From: Eledone cirrhosa
Taxonomy: Eukaryota
Length of the DNA stretch: 64,000 bases
Direction of reading: 5' to 3'
NCBI GenBank assembly: GCA_964016885.1
Contig: OZ024742.1
Location: 336,784,001-336,848,000, forward strand
A program made the position numbers and the translations under genes. Below the pieces are notes generated by a model. It was not told where the DNA came from and did not search any database. It saw only the letters and a program-made list of their open reading frames with translations. This document shows positions 42,907 through 58,705 of the stretch, piece by piece (the stretch's first letter is position 1; every line of letters begins with the position of its first letter).

Positions 42907-42913
42907 GAGAGAG

Positions 42914-42962
<49 letters not shown>

Positions 42963-42983
42963 GAGAGAGATATATATATATAC

Positions 42984-43045
<62 letters not shown>

Positions 43046-43075
43046 GTATATATATATATAGATATATATATATAC

Positions 43076-43106
<31 letters not shown>

Positions 43107-43124
43107 CATATATATGTATATATA

Positions 43125-43525
<401 letters not shown>

Positions 43526-43583
43526 TACATATCACCATGGACCTTTATGATTTGGTTTATATATATACATATATATATATATG

Positions 43584-43675
<92 letters not shown>

Positions 43676-43729
43676 TATATACATATATATACATATGTAT
43701 ATATATATATATACATATATATACATATG

Positions 43730-43770
<41 letters not shown>

Positions 43771-43817
43771 TATATATACATATGATATATATATATATAT
43801 ACATATATATACATATG

Positions 43818-43876
<59 letters not shown>

Positions 43877-43886
43877 TATACATATG

Positions 43887-43927
<41 letters not shown>

Positions 43928-43974
43928 TATATATACATATGATATATATATATATATACATATATATACATATG

Positions 43975-44035
<61 letters not shown>

Positions 44036-44091
44036 TATACATATGATATATATATATATATATATACATATGATATATATATATTTATATA

Positions 44092-44165
<74 letters not shown>

Positions 44166-44243
44166 TATATGTACATATATATATATATATATATGTACAT
44201 ATATATATATATATATGTATGTACATATATATATATATATATG

Positions 44244-44280
<37 letters not shown>

Positions 44281-44283
44281 ATG

Positions 44284-44359
<76 letters not shown>

Positions 44360-44460
44360 TATATATATATGTATATATATATATATGTACATATATATAT
44401 ATGTATATATATGTACATATATATATATGTATATATATATATCTATATACATATATATAT

Positions 44461-44868
44461 ACCTAAATATATAGTAAAACCTACTCCAGCCAGTAGGCAT
44501 CTTTAACAAAATACACCCCGTCCCACCACCACCACCCCCACCCCATCCACACCACCCCGTTCTATGTAAAGTTATGTTGGTGCCGCGCCATCGAGGCCGA
44601 AACAAATGAGATCGTGTAGGTGTCACGACAAAAAAACACACAGTCCACGCTGTAATGTGGCCGTGTAGGTAACACGGTAAAAACCTCCCAGACCCACACT
44701 GTAAATGTGGTTGGTGTTAGGAAGGGCATCCAACTGTAGAAAACCTGCCAGACAGTCCTATGCGAGCAAGACAATCACTCTTGCCTCAAGTGGGAGTACC
44801 CCCGTCCAAACCCATGCAAGCGTGGAACACGGACGTTAAACGTTGATGATGATGATGATGATGATGAT
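44461..44868 (+). mobile_element. 3' UTR-only insertion of the RTE LINE found at 55-58.7 kb
   Basis: Near-identical to 58302-58705, ends in (GAT)n, inserted in (TA)n. Confidence 0.9.
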
Positions 44869-44959
44869 ATATATATATACATATACATATATATATACAT
44901 ATATATATACATATATATATGTATATATATATATGTATATATATATACATATATATATG

Positions 44960-45301
<342 letters not shown>

Positions 45302-45747
45302 CACATATATATGTATATATATATACATATATATGTATATATATACATACATATATATATATATATACATATATATATACACATATATATGTATATATAT
45401 ATATATACATATATATGTATATATATACATACATATATATATATATATACATATATATATACATATATATGTATATATATATATATACATATATATGTAT
45501 ATATATACATATACATATATATGTATATATATACATACATATGTATATATATATATACATACATATATATGTATATATATAGATACATATATATGTATAT
45601 ATATATATACATATATATGTATATATATGTATATACATATATATGTATATATATGTATATACATATATATGTATATATATACATATATTTGTATATATAT
45701 ATATATATATATATTATACATATATATGTATATATATATATATATAT

Positions 45748-46058
45748 ATGTAGGAGGTGAGTTTTATTGTAGTACAATAAAGCAATGCAGATATCGGATA
45801 ATAAGCACTCTACAATTTGTAGGACTGGAGTATACATAATATATAAGAACAAAAGATGGTTAAAAGAGTTCCATGTATTTTATTATGCGCATTTCAAAAA
45901 CAAATATCATCATGCAATAATATTTGTGTTTTCATCAGATAAAACATGTCTTCATGTTTTATCTGATGAAAACACAAATATTATTGCATGATGATATTTG
46001 TTTTTGAAATGCGCATAATAAAATACATGGAACTCTTTTAACCATCTTTTGTTCTTAT
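45748..46058. ncRNA. Back-to-back pair of complete family F hammerheads (45871-45948 -, 45953-46029 +)
   Basis: ~110-bp inverted repeat centred near 45950; each arm reads CATGTTTTAT-CTGATGA-stem II-GAA-ATGCGCAT-A-ATAAAATACATG. Confidence 0.8.
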
Positions 46059-46125
46059 ATATATATATATATACATATATATGTATATATATATATATAC
46101 ATATATATGTATATATATATATATA

Positions 46126-46650
46126 CACCAACAGGATTGCCAAGATGAGGGAGACAAGCTACTGGGAGAGGCTAAAGGAACTGAACCTCTACTCCTTGGC
46201 GCGAAGACGGGAGAGATACGCAGTGATCTACATGTGGAAAATCCTGGAGGGACTAGCACCAAACTTTGGCATTGGGAGCTGGACCAACCGTCAAACAGGA
46301 CGTCACTGTCTGGTGCCAAAGGTCCCCTCTTCCACATCTAGAATAAGGAGCAGGTATTGCAATAGCCTGGGATTCAAGGGCCCTCAACTCTTCAACAGGC
46401 TGCCGAGGCATCTGAGAGACTTGCATGACGTGGAGTTGGATGTCTTTAAGAAACATCTCGACACCTTGTTATCCAGGATCCCGGATGAGCCCACAGCAAG
46501 ACACGAGGGAAACCTAAGGGCAGCAGCAACAAACTCCCTCCTACACCAGTGGCCAACCTATACAGGCTGGAAATAAAATGTGTACCAACAAGAGCGGTGC
46601 CCCAACATGGCCTCAGCCGGGTGGCTGAAACAGGTAAAAGAGTAAAAGAG
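46126..46650 (+). mobile_element. 3' end of a CR1-group LINE
   Basis: SYWERLKELNLYSL.RRRERY..WKI..GPQLFN.LP..FKKHLD..L..IPDEP; tail GTAAAAGAGTAAAAGAG. Confidence 0.8.
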
Positions 46651-46670
46651 TATATATATGTATATATATG

Positions 46671-46702
<32 letters not shown>

Positions 46703-46707
46703 TATAA

Positions 46708-46800
<93 letters not shown>

Positions 46801-46816
46801 AATATATATATATATG

Positions 46817-46850
<34 letters not shown>

Positions 46851-46863
46851 TGTATATATATAC

Positions 46864-46922
<59 letters not shown>

Positions 46923-46963
46923 CATATATATGTATATGTATATATATATATGTACATATATAC

Positions 46964-47011
<48 letters not shown>

Positions 47012-47029
47012 GTATATGTATATATATAT

Positions 47030-47374
47030 GGAGGCACATGGCTTAGTGGTTAGAGCATTGGCCTTGCAATCGAAAGGTTGTGAGTTCAATTCTCAGACCG
47101 GGTGATGTGTTGTTTCCTTGAGCAAGACACTTTATTTCACATTGCTCCAGTTTACTCAGCTGTAGAAATGAGATGATAGAGACTGGGGTCCCTATCATTC
47201 CACTGCAAAGTGGTCGTGTAGGTGCCACGGCAAAAAAGCACCCAGCACTCACTGTAAATGAGGTTGGTGTTAGGAAGGGCATCCAGCTGTAGAAATCAAG
47301 CCAGCATCAGTTCCCGTCCCACCCTTGCAAGCAGGGAAAAGCGGACGTAAAATGAAATGATGATGAAATGATGA
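47030..47374 (+). mobile_element. Full-length tRNA-derived SINE (family 2) with RTE-like tail
   Basis: A box TGGCTTAGTGG, B box GAGTTCAATTC, tail GGTTGGTGTTAGGAAGGGCATCCAGCTGTAG..(GAT)n shared with the RTE LINE. Confidence 0.88.
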
Positions 47375-47439
47375 TATATGTACATATATACATATATATA
47401 TATATATGTACATATATACATATATATGTATATATATAC

Positions 47440-47470
<31 letters not shown>

Positions 47471-47654
47471 CATATATACATATATATGTATATCTATATA
47501 TATATATATGTACATATATACATATATATGTATATATATATATATATGTATATATATACATATATATCATCATCATCATGATGATGATGATATATATGTA
47601 TGTATATATATATATATATATATATGTACATATATACATATATATGTATACATA

Positions 47655-47799
<145 letters not shown>

Positions 47800-47890
47800 G
47801 TACATATATATATATACATATATATGTATATATATATGTACATATATATATATAGTTGAAAATTGCAAACTCGACTGTCACCACATATCA

Positions 47891-47929
47891 TGAACCTGAA
47901 GATTGCGAAAGCATGAAAGTACTTGTTCA
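47891..47929 (+). ncRNA. 39-nt minimal type I hammerhead ribozyme (family K)
   Basis: TGAAC-CTGAAGA-T TGC GAAA GCA T-GAA-AGTACT-T-GTTCA, in a ~220-bp island between (TA)n tracts. Confidence 0.75.
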
Positions 47930-48167
47930 ATTAACACTTAGAATTTAATATTCTATCATACTATTTCATTATAATACCATTATATATATTTTAAAGGATT
48001 GTAAATAAAACGAGTAAATCAGACAAAGTTGGAATTCCTCTTATTAATATAATCTTCTATACACAATCATACACACCCGTGTATATTTACCTATCTATAT
48101 CTATATATATATGTACATATATATGTACATATATATGTACATATATATGTACATATATATGTACATA

Positions 48168-48198
<31 letters not shown>

Positions 48199-48205
48199 GT
48201 ACATA

Positions 48206-48261
<56 letters not shown>

Positions 48262-48263
48262 TA

Positions 48264-48314
<51 letters not shown>

Positions 48315-48333
48315 GTACATATATATGTATATA

Positions 48334-48435
<102 letters not shown>

Positions 48436-48518
48436 CATATATATACATATATATATATATATACATATATATACATATACATATATATGCATATATATAT
48501 ATATATATACATATATAC

Positions 48519-48553
<35 letters not shown>

Positions 48554-48566
48554 CATATATATACAT

Positions 48567-49916
48567 ATATATATATGAATATAGACATAGAATATTCGAA
48601 AATATTCTGTATGTTTATAATAAACATTTTGAAGACCTAATCGCTATAGAATAGAATACGTCACGTATTACAATTAGATTCTCGATAAAAGCAAGGGAAG
48701 TAATCTACGCGTTTCATTCTTGTTAGAATTCATCAGGACTACATATCCAGTGCTTTTATCGAGAATGACACAGCTAGAGACTTATAGAATACTTAGCTGT
48801 GTACAGGAACTGGTTTGAAAGAGCGGTTGCCGGTCCGGCAGAAATTAGAAATTGGAATAAATGCTCTGAAATAGCGATATATATATGAATATAGACATAG
48901 AATATTCGAAAATATTCTGTATGTTTATAATAAACATTTTGAAGACCTAATCGCTATAGAATAGAATACGTCACGTATTACAATTAGATTCTCGATAAAA
49001 GCAAGGGAAGTAATCTACGCGTTTCATTCTTGTTAGAATTCATCAGGACTACATATCCAGTGCTTTTATCGAGAATGACACAGCTAGAGACTTATAGAAT
49101 ACTTAGCTGTGTACAGGAACTGGTTTGAAAGAGCGGTTGCCGGTCCGGCAGAAATTAGAAATTGGAATAAATGCTCTGAAATAGCGATATATATATGAAT
49201 ATAGACATAGAATATTCGAAAATATTCTGTATGTTTATAATAAACATTTTGAAGACCTAATCGCTATAGAATAGAATACGTCACGTATTACAATTAGATT
49301 CTCGATAAAAGCAAGGGAAGTAATCTACGCGTTTCATTCTTGTTAGAATTCATCAGGACTACATATCCAGTGCTTTTATCGAGAATGACACAGCTAGAGA
49401 CTTATAGAATACTTAGCTGTGTACAGGAACTGGTTTGAAAGAGCGGTTGCCGGTCCGGCAGAAATTAGAAATTGGAATAAATGCTCTGAAATAGCGATAT
49501 ATATATGAATATAGACATAGAATATTCGAAAATATTCTGTATGTTTATAATAAACATTTTGAAGACCTAATCGCTATAGAATAGAATACGTCACGTATTA
49601 CAATTAGATTCTCGATAAAAGCAAGGGAAGTAATCTACGCGTTTCATTCTTGTTAGAATTCATCAGGACTACATATCCAGTGCTTTTATCGAGAATGACA
49701 CAGCTAGAGACTTATAGAATACTTAGCTGTGTACAGGAACTGGTTTGAAAGAGCGGTTGCCGGTCCGGCAGAAATTAGAAATTGGAATAAATGCTCTGAA
49801 ATAGCGATATATATATGAATATAGACATAGAATATTCGAAAATATTCTGTATGTTTATAATAAACATTTTGAAGACCTAATCCAGTGCTTTTATCGAGAA
49901 TGACACAGCTAGAGAC
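48567..49916 (-). mobile_element. Retrozyme-like tandem array, left arm (~4.3 x 310 bp, 4 hammerheads)
   Basis: Period 310 (AATATTCTGT at 48601, 48911, 49221, 49531, 49841); hammerheads at 48700-48742, 49010-49052, 49320-49362 and 49630-49672. Confidence 0.92.
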
Positions 49917-52382
49917 CGGCAACCGCTCTTTCAAACCAGTTCCTGTACACAGCTAAGTATTCTATAAGTCTCTAGCTGTGTCATTCTCGATAAAAGCACT
50001 GGATATGTAGTCCTGATGAATTCTAACAAGAATGAAACGCGTAGATTACTTCCCTTGCTTTTATCGAGAATCTAATTGTAATACGTGACGTATTCTATTC
50101 TATAGCGATTAGGTCTTCAAAATGTTTATTATAAACATACAGAATATTTTCGAATATTCTATGTCTATATTCATATATATATCGCTATTTCAGAGCATTT
50201 ATTCCAATTTCTAATTTCTGCCGGACCGGCAACCGCTCTTTCAAACCAGTTCCTGTACACAGCTAAGTATTCTATAAGTCTCTAGCTGTGTCATTCTCGA
50301 TAAAAGCACTGGATATGTAGTCCTGATGAATTCTAACAAGAATGAAACGCGTAGATTACTTCCCTTGCTTTTATCGAGAATCTAATTGTAATACGTGACG
50401 TATTCTATTCTATAGCGATTAGGTCTTCAAAATGTTTATTATAAACATACAGAATATTTTCGAATATTCTATGTCTATATTCATATATATATCGCTATTT
50501 CAGAGCATTTATTCCAATTTCTAATTTCTGCCGGACCGGCAACCGCTCTTTCAAACCAGTTCCTGTACACAGCTAAGTATTCTATAAGTCTCTAGCTGTG
50601 TCATTCTCGATAAAAGCACTGGATATGTAGTCCTGATGAATTCTAACAAGAATGAAACGCGTAGATTACTTCCCTTGCTTTTATCGAGAATCTAATTGTA
50701 ATACGTGACGTATTCTATTCTATAGCGATTAGGTCTTCAAAATGTTTATTATAAACATACAGAATATTTTCGAATATTCTATGTCTATATTCATATATAT
50801 ATCGCTATTTCAGAGCATTTATTCCAATTTCTAATTTCTGCCGGACCGGCAACCGCTCTTTCAAACCAGTTCCTGTACACAGCTAAGTATTCTATAAGTC
50901 TCTAGCTGTGTCATTCTCGATAAAAGCACTGGATATGTAGTCCTGATGAATTCTAACAAGAATGAAACGCGTAGATTACTTCCCTTGCTTTTATCGAGAA
51001 TCTAATTGTAATACGTGACGTATTCTATTCTATAGCGATTAGGTCTTCAAAATGTTTATTATAAACATACAGAATATTTTCGAATATTCTATGTCTATAT
51101 TCATATATATATCGCTATTTCAGAGCATTTATTCCAATTTCTAATTTCTGCCGGACCGGCAACCGCTCTTTCAAACCAGTTCCTGTACACAGCTAAGTAT
51201 TCTATAAGTCTCTAGCTGTGTCATTCTCGATAAAAGCACTGGATATGTAGTCCTGATGAATTCTAACAAGAATGAAACGCGTAGATTACTTCCCTTGCTT
51301 TTATCGAGAATCTAATTGTAATACGTGACGTATTCTATTCTATAGCGATTAGGTCTTCAAAATGTTTATTATAAACATACAGAATATTTTCGAATATTCT
51401 ATGTCTATATTCATATATATATCGCTATTTCAGAGCATTTATTCCAATTTCTAATTTCTGCCGGACCGGCAACCGCTCTTTCAAACCAGTTCCTGTACAC
51501 AGCTAAGTATTCTATAAGTCTCTAGCTGTGTCATTCTCGATAAAAGCACTGGATATGTAGTCCTGATGAATTCTAACAAGAATGAAACGCGTAGATTACT
51601 TCCCTTGCTTTTATCGAGAATCTAATTGTAATACGTGACGTATTCTATTCTATAGCGATTAGGTCTTCAAAATGTTTATTATAAACATACAGAATATTTT
51701 CGAATATTCTATGTCTATATTCATATATATATCGCTATTTCAGAGCATTTATTCCAATTTCTAATTTCTGCCGGACCGGCAACCGCTCTTTCAAACCAGT
51801 TCCTGTACACAGCTAAGTATTCTATAAGTCTCTAGCTGTGTCATTCTCGATAAAAGCACTGGATATGTAGTCCTGATGAATTCTAACAAGAATGAAACGC
51901 GTAGATTACTTCCCTTGCTTTTATCGAGAATCTAATTGTAATACGTGACGTATTCTATTCTATAGCGATTAGGTCTTCAAAATGTTTATTATAAACATAC
52001 AGAATATTTTCGAATATTCTATGTCTATATTCATATATATATCGCTATTTCAGAGCATTTATTCCAATTTCTAATTTCTGCCGGACCGGCAACCGCTCTT
52101 TCAAACCAGTTCCTGTACACAGCTAAGTATTCTATAAGTCTCTAGCTGTGTCATTCTCGATAAAAGCACTGGATATGTAGTCCTGATGAATTCTAACAAG
52201 AATGAAACGCGTAGATTACTTCCCTTGCTTTTATCGAGAATCTAATTGTAATACGTGACGTATTCTATTCTATAGCGATTAGGTCTTCAAAATGTTTATT
52301 ATAAACATACAGAATATTTTCGAATATTCTATGTCTATATTCATATATATATCGCTATTTCAGAGCATTTATTCCAATTTCT
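49914..52382 (+). mobile_element. Retrozyme-like tandem array, right arm (~8 x 310 bp, 8 hammerheads)
   Basis: Reverse complement of the left-arm unit; hammerheads start at 50007, 50317, 50627, 50937, 51247, 51557, 51867 and 52177. Confidence 0.92.
50007..50049 (+). ncRNA. Type I hammerhead ribozyme (family A, representative of 12 copies)
   Basis: GTAGTC-CTGATGA-ATTCT AACA AGAAT-GAA-ACGCGT-A-GATTAC. Predicted cleavage after A50043; stem I is extended by the 16-bp ATTCTCGATAAAAGCA/TGCTTTTATCGAGAAT helix. Confidence 0.92.
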
Positions 52383-52458
52383 TATATATATATATATATA
52401 CATATATATACATATACATATATATGCATATATATATATATATATATACATATATATG

Positions 52459-52490
<32 letters not shown>

Positions 52491-52492
52491 TA

Positions 52493-52622
52493 CGTTATTC
52501 CGGGTTGAATCGGAGGTAACCACAGTAAGTAAGGTACTCAATACATAGCAGAGTATAACAGTTTTAATATAGATGAGATTCTACAGGACTAGAACTGTTT
52601 CATTCATTAGAAATCATCAGGA

Positions 52623-52624
<2 letters not shown>
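52493..52624 (-). ncRNA. Family B hammerhead fragment with 3' flank
   Basis: Reverse complement of 5297-5425; stem I truncated to 4 bp. Confidence 0.7.
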
Positions 52625-52699
<75 letters not shown>

Positions 52700-52703
52700 T
52701 ATG

Positions 52704-52817
<114 letters not shown>

Positions 52818-53696
52818 CATATGTATATATATATATATATATATATACATATATATGTATATATATATATATATATACATATGTATATATATATATGTAT
52901 ATATATTAGAAAGAGAGTTTTTTTTTACAAAATGACAAATAACCGAGGTGTCCTACACGAGTGAAAGTATAAAGAAAAAGAGATGAAATCGAAAATGCAA
53001 CTGGAGTCTTATTTTTTAAAAAAATATATATATTTATTTGGTTCCTTTTGCAGGTCTGACAACACGTGTGTAGCCAGGCCAAACTAGCCGTCTCGCATTT
53101 ACGGTGCTAGAAATAACAGCTATTTATGCGGGATTAAAGATCAGCTCTACAATAAAGGAGCAATATACTATATTATATTTTGAGAATAAACTTTTCAATT
53201 CACATACCACCGTTGCGAAACGGATTTAGGTTTCGAGGTTCAAATTCGTCTACGGAACAGATTTGGATTTTGAAATTTAAATCTGTCCAGGAATCATATA
53301 AGCTTGTCTTTATTGACTTATATCAAGACAGACAACTTTAATTAGTTTATTTCATTAATAGCTAACTTTGTCTGTTGCAATGTAAACACGTTTCGTGTTT
53401 ATCATATATTTTAATGTATTTAACTGCTCGGAAAAGCCCCTTTTCCTGGAGCTTAATTATTGTAAACGACTGAGAGTTTATTCTCAAAATATAATATAGT
53501 ATATTATATATATATATACATATATATATATATACATATATATATACATATATATACATATATATATATATACATATATATGTATATATATGTATATATA
53601 TATATACATATATATATACATATATACATATATATACATATATACATATATATACATATATACATATATGTATATATATATAATGTCTTTATTGAC

Positions 53697-53728
<32 letters not shown>

Positions 53729-53805
53729 CATATATACATATACATACATATATACATACATATATATACATATATACATACATATATATACATATACATA
53801 TATAC

Positions 53806-54978
<1,173 letters not shown>

Positions 54979-55004
54979 ATGTATATATATCACGCATCAC
55001 CAGT

Positions 55005-58000
55005 ATTATTATTACATGGACCAATCAGAAGCCAGAGGCCTATACTATCGCTTGCCTGGTTGCCTTTCGATATATGATGGATGGATGGACTGCGGAATCC
55101 TGGAGAGTGGAGGAGAGAGAGAAAAATCTGGACGCTCAGCGACAATGCCAAAGATAAAGACAAATTCACCTCTTGGACGAGAATGCGAGCACTCCTCATT
55201 GTTTCGACCGCGGACGGCTAACATAACACCATCGCCCCCCGCCCCCCACCGCCCCCAACGCAATCCAAAACTTCAGAGTTGGTACCATAAATGTAGGCAC
55301 CCTAAAGGGTCGCGCTAACGAGGTTGTAGAAATGCTTGAACGTAAGGAGGTCGATGTTTGTTGTATTCAAGAGACCAGGTGGAGGGGTGGGTCTGCTAGG
55401 TTCATTGAGGGTAAAAAACGATGTTATAAGCTTTTCTGGGTGGGAAACGACGATGGGCTGGGTGGAGTAGGAATCATGGTAGCAGAAAAGTGGGCAGATA
55501 AGATAATAGACGTAAATAGAGTGAACAACAGAATAATTAAAATACGACTTGTCCTCAATAGAACTACGGTGACAGTAATATCTGCGTACGCACCCCAATC
55601 TGGACTGCCCGGCACTATAAAAGACAGATTCTATGAGACACTGATGCTAACTACCTCCCAAATACCCGACAGTGACTATATAATTATTGCAGGCGACCTA
55701 AATGGTCACGTTAGACAACATTGTGACGGCTACGACGAAATCCATGGAGGCTATGGGTTTGGTACTAGAAATGAGGAAGGCTCCAGAATCCTGGAATTCT
55801 GTGATGCAAATAACCTAACTATCTGTAACACTAACTTCAAAAAACGTGACAATCACCTGATCACCTATAGATCCGGGGAACACACAAGCCAGGTAGATTA
55901 TATCCTTACCAGAAGACATGACAGAGTGTCTGTTGTAAACACTAAATCCCTCCCCCATGAAGAATGCACCTCCCAACATAGACTGATAATTAGCGACCTC
56001 ATAGTCAGGACGAGACGTACTCGACAGCAGAAGAGGACTATCCTCAGGAGAAAAATATGGAAGCTAAAGGACCCCACAGCCAGGAATAAATTTCAAAGCA
56101 TATTACTTGATGCTTTCGACAGTAAGGAAGAACATTTAGAGTCGGACAATATAGAGGGAGAGTGGGAATTTCTGAAAGCAAACCTGCTGTTGGCGACAGA
56201 CGAAGTCTGTGGCTGGAGCAGGCCTGTAGGCAGGAGGAGAGTAACATGGTGGTGGAACAGTAAGGTGGAGGGCTCAATTAAGGCCAAAAAGCAGGCTTGG
56301 AAAGTATGGCGGGATGGGGGAAGTAGAGAAGACTATCAAGTGGCCAGGAGGGAAGCTAGGAGACAAGTGTACTTAGCAAGAAGGGAAGCTGAGGAAAGAA
56401 AGTTCAAGCATGTTCTACAACGCGATGACCAAAAACGTGAGGTGTTCAGGATTGCTAGGCAATGCGTCAAGGAAAACCGTGATATTGTCGGGGAGAAGTG
56501 TGTACTAAACGACGATGGCACACTTGCCATCACCGACGCTGATAAGAAGGTAGCTTGGAAGTGTCACTATGAAAGGCTACTAAATGAGGAGAATAAATGG
56601 GAGAAAGACAGTCTCCCCCATATCGACCCAATAGAGGGACCAGCAGTGTTAGTCGAGGGGAGTATAATAAGTAAGGCAATCAAGGATATGAAGACGGGTA
56701 AGGCAGCTGGGCCTTCGGAAATAGTTGCTGAGATGTTGAAGGCATCTGGCACGGTGGGACACACCATGGTCACCCGCATAGTTAACCAAGTCGTACAGAA
56801 TGGGGTTGTTCCGAAGGACTGGCATAGCAGCATCATCATTAACTGTTATAAGGGTAAAGGAGACGCCCTAGATAGGAGTAACTATAGAGGCATTAAATTA
56901 ATCGACCAGGTCATGAAGGTCTAGGAAAAAGTAATAGCGCAACTAATCAGAGAGAGAATTGACCTAGATGAAATGCAGTTCGGGTTTGTGTCGGGCAAAA
57001 GTACCACAGACGCTCTTTTCATAGTACGACAACTACAGGAGAAGTACCTAGCTAAAGGTAAACCCCTCTACTTAGCTTTTGTCGACTTGGAGAAAGCCTT
57101 CGACAGAGTCCCCCGCTCCATTATCTGGTGGGCTCTTAGAAAACTAGGCATTGACGAATGGCTTGTGAGGGCTATACAAGCCATGTATAAAGAAACAGTC
57201 AGCAAGGTTAGAATTAACAACGAATATAGTGAAGAGTTTAGCGTAAAAGTTGGCGTCCATCAGGGCTCTGTTCTCAGCCCCTTACTATTTATTATTGCCC
57301 TTCAGGCTATAACAGAGGAGTTCAAGACAGGCTGCCCATGGGAACTCCTATACGCAGACGACCTGACACTCATAGCGGAATCAATGGCCGAGCTAGAGAA
57401 AAAATTCCAAACATGGAAGCACGGCCTAGAGTAAAAAAGGACTTAAAATTAACCTGGCTAAGACCAAAGTTCTAGTTTGTAGGAAAGAAAACAAGGCGGC
57501 GGTCCCTTCTGGGAAATGGTCGTGCTCGGTGTGTAGGAAAGGCGTAGGTAGAAACTCCATTTTATGTCCTAAATGCAAAGTATGGGTGCATAAAAGATGT
57601 AGTGGGATCACAGGTAAGCTAACTAAGAACATAGATTTTACATGTGGCCGGTGTTCTGGTGCAATAAGTAGCAGCAAGTGCCCACAAAATACTAGCTCTT
57701 TCAATTGCGCAGAGGGTTCTATAGAAATAGTGGACAGCTTCCGTTACCTGGGCGATAAAATCAGCAGTGGGGGAGGGTGCTCTGAAAGTACTGTAGCTAG
57801 AGTCAGAACTGGTTGGAAAAAGTTCAGAGAGCTTATACCACTATTAGCTGCTAAAGGGTTCTCCCTAAAAATGAAAGGCAGGTTGTACGATGCCTGCATA
57901 CGAACAGCAATGCTGCATGGCAGTGAGACCTGGGCATTGTGTGCAGAGGATATACGCAGACTAGAGAGGAACGAAGCTTGCATGCTCCGCTGGATGTGTA

Positions 58001-58705
58001 ACAGTAATATACGTGAACGGCAAAGCATAAACGAACTAAGGAAAAAATTAGAGATAAGAGGGATCAGATGTTGTTTACTCGAGAGAAGGCTACGTTGGTA
58101 TGGACACGTGATGCGCATGAAAGTCGATAGCTGTATAACAAAGTGCAGGGCAATAAAGATAGATGGTAGTCACGGAATAGGCAGACCTAGAAAAACCTGG
58201 GACGAGCTGATAAACTCCGACATCACACACTTACACCTCTCCAAGACAATGTCACTGGACCGAGACCTTTGGCGGTACTCAGTAACAGAGAAGACCCGCC
58301 TTACCTAAATATATAGTAAAACCTACTCCAGCCAGTAGGCATCTCTAACAAAATACACCCCGTCCCACCACCACCACCCCCACCCCATCCACACCGCCCC
58401 GTTCTATGTAAAGTTATGTTGGTGCCGCGCCATAGGCCGAAACAAATGAGATCGTGTAGGTGTCACGACAAAAAAATACACAGTCCACGCTGTAATGTGG
58501 CCGTGTAGGCAACACGGTAAAAACCTCCCAGACCCACACTGTAAATGTGGTTGGTGTTAGGAAGGGCATCCAACTGTAGAAAACCTGCCAGACAGTCCTA
58601 TGCGAGCAAGACAATCACTCTTGCCTCAAGTGGGACTACCCCCGTCCAAACCCATGCAAGCGTGGAACACGGACGTTAAACGTTGATGATGATGATGATG
58701 ATGAT
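55005..58705 (+). mobile_element. Near full-length RTE-clade LINE, copy 1 (APE + RT + PHD-like finger), inactivated
   Basis: APE motifs CIQETRW, SAYAPQ, AGDLNGH, SQVDY; RT NYRGIKL, FVDLEKAFD, QGSVLSP, YADD, FRYLG; stops at 56922 and 57432; (GAT)n tail. Confidence 0.95.

Noticed and set aside
47030-47100. tRNA gene
   Set aside because: No proper acceptor stem; it continues into a SINE body and RTE-like tail.
48567-52382. CRISPR array or rDNA/tRNA tandem
   Set aside because: Units are identical throughout with no unique spacers, no cas genes and no rRNA/tRNA motifs; eukaryotic context.
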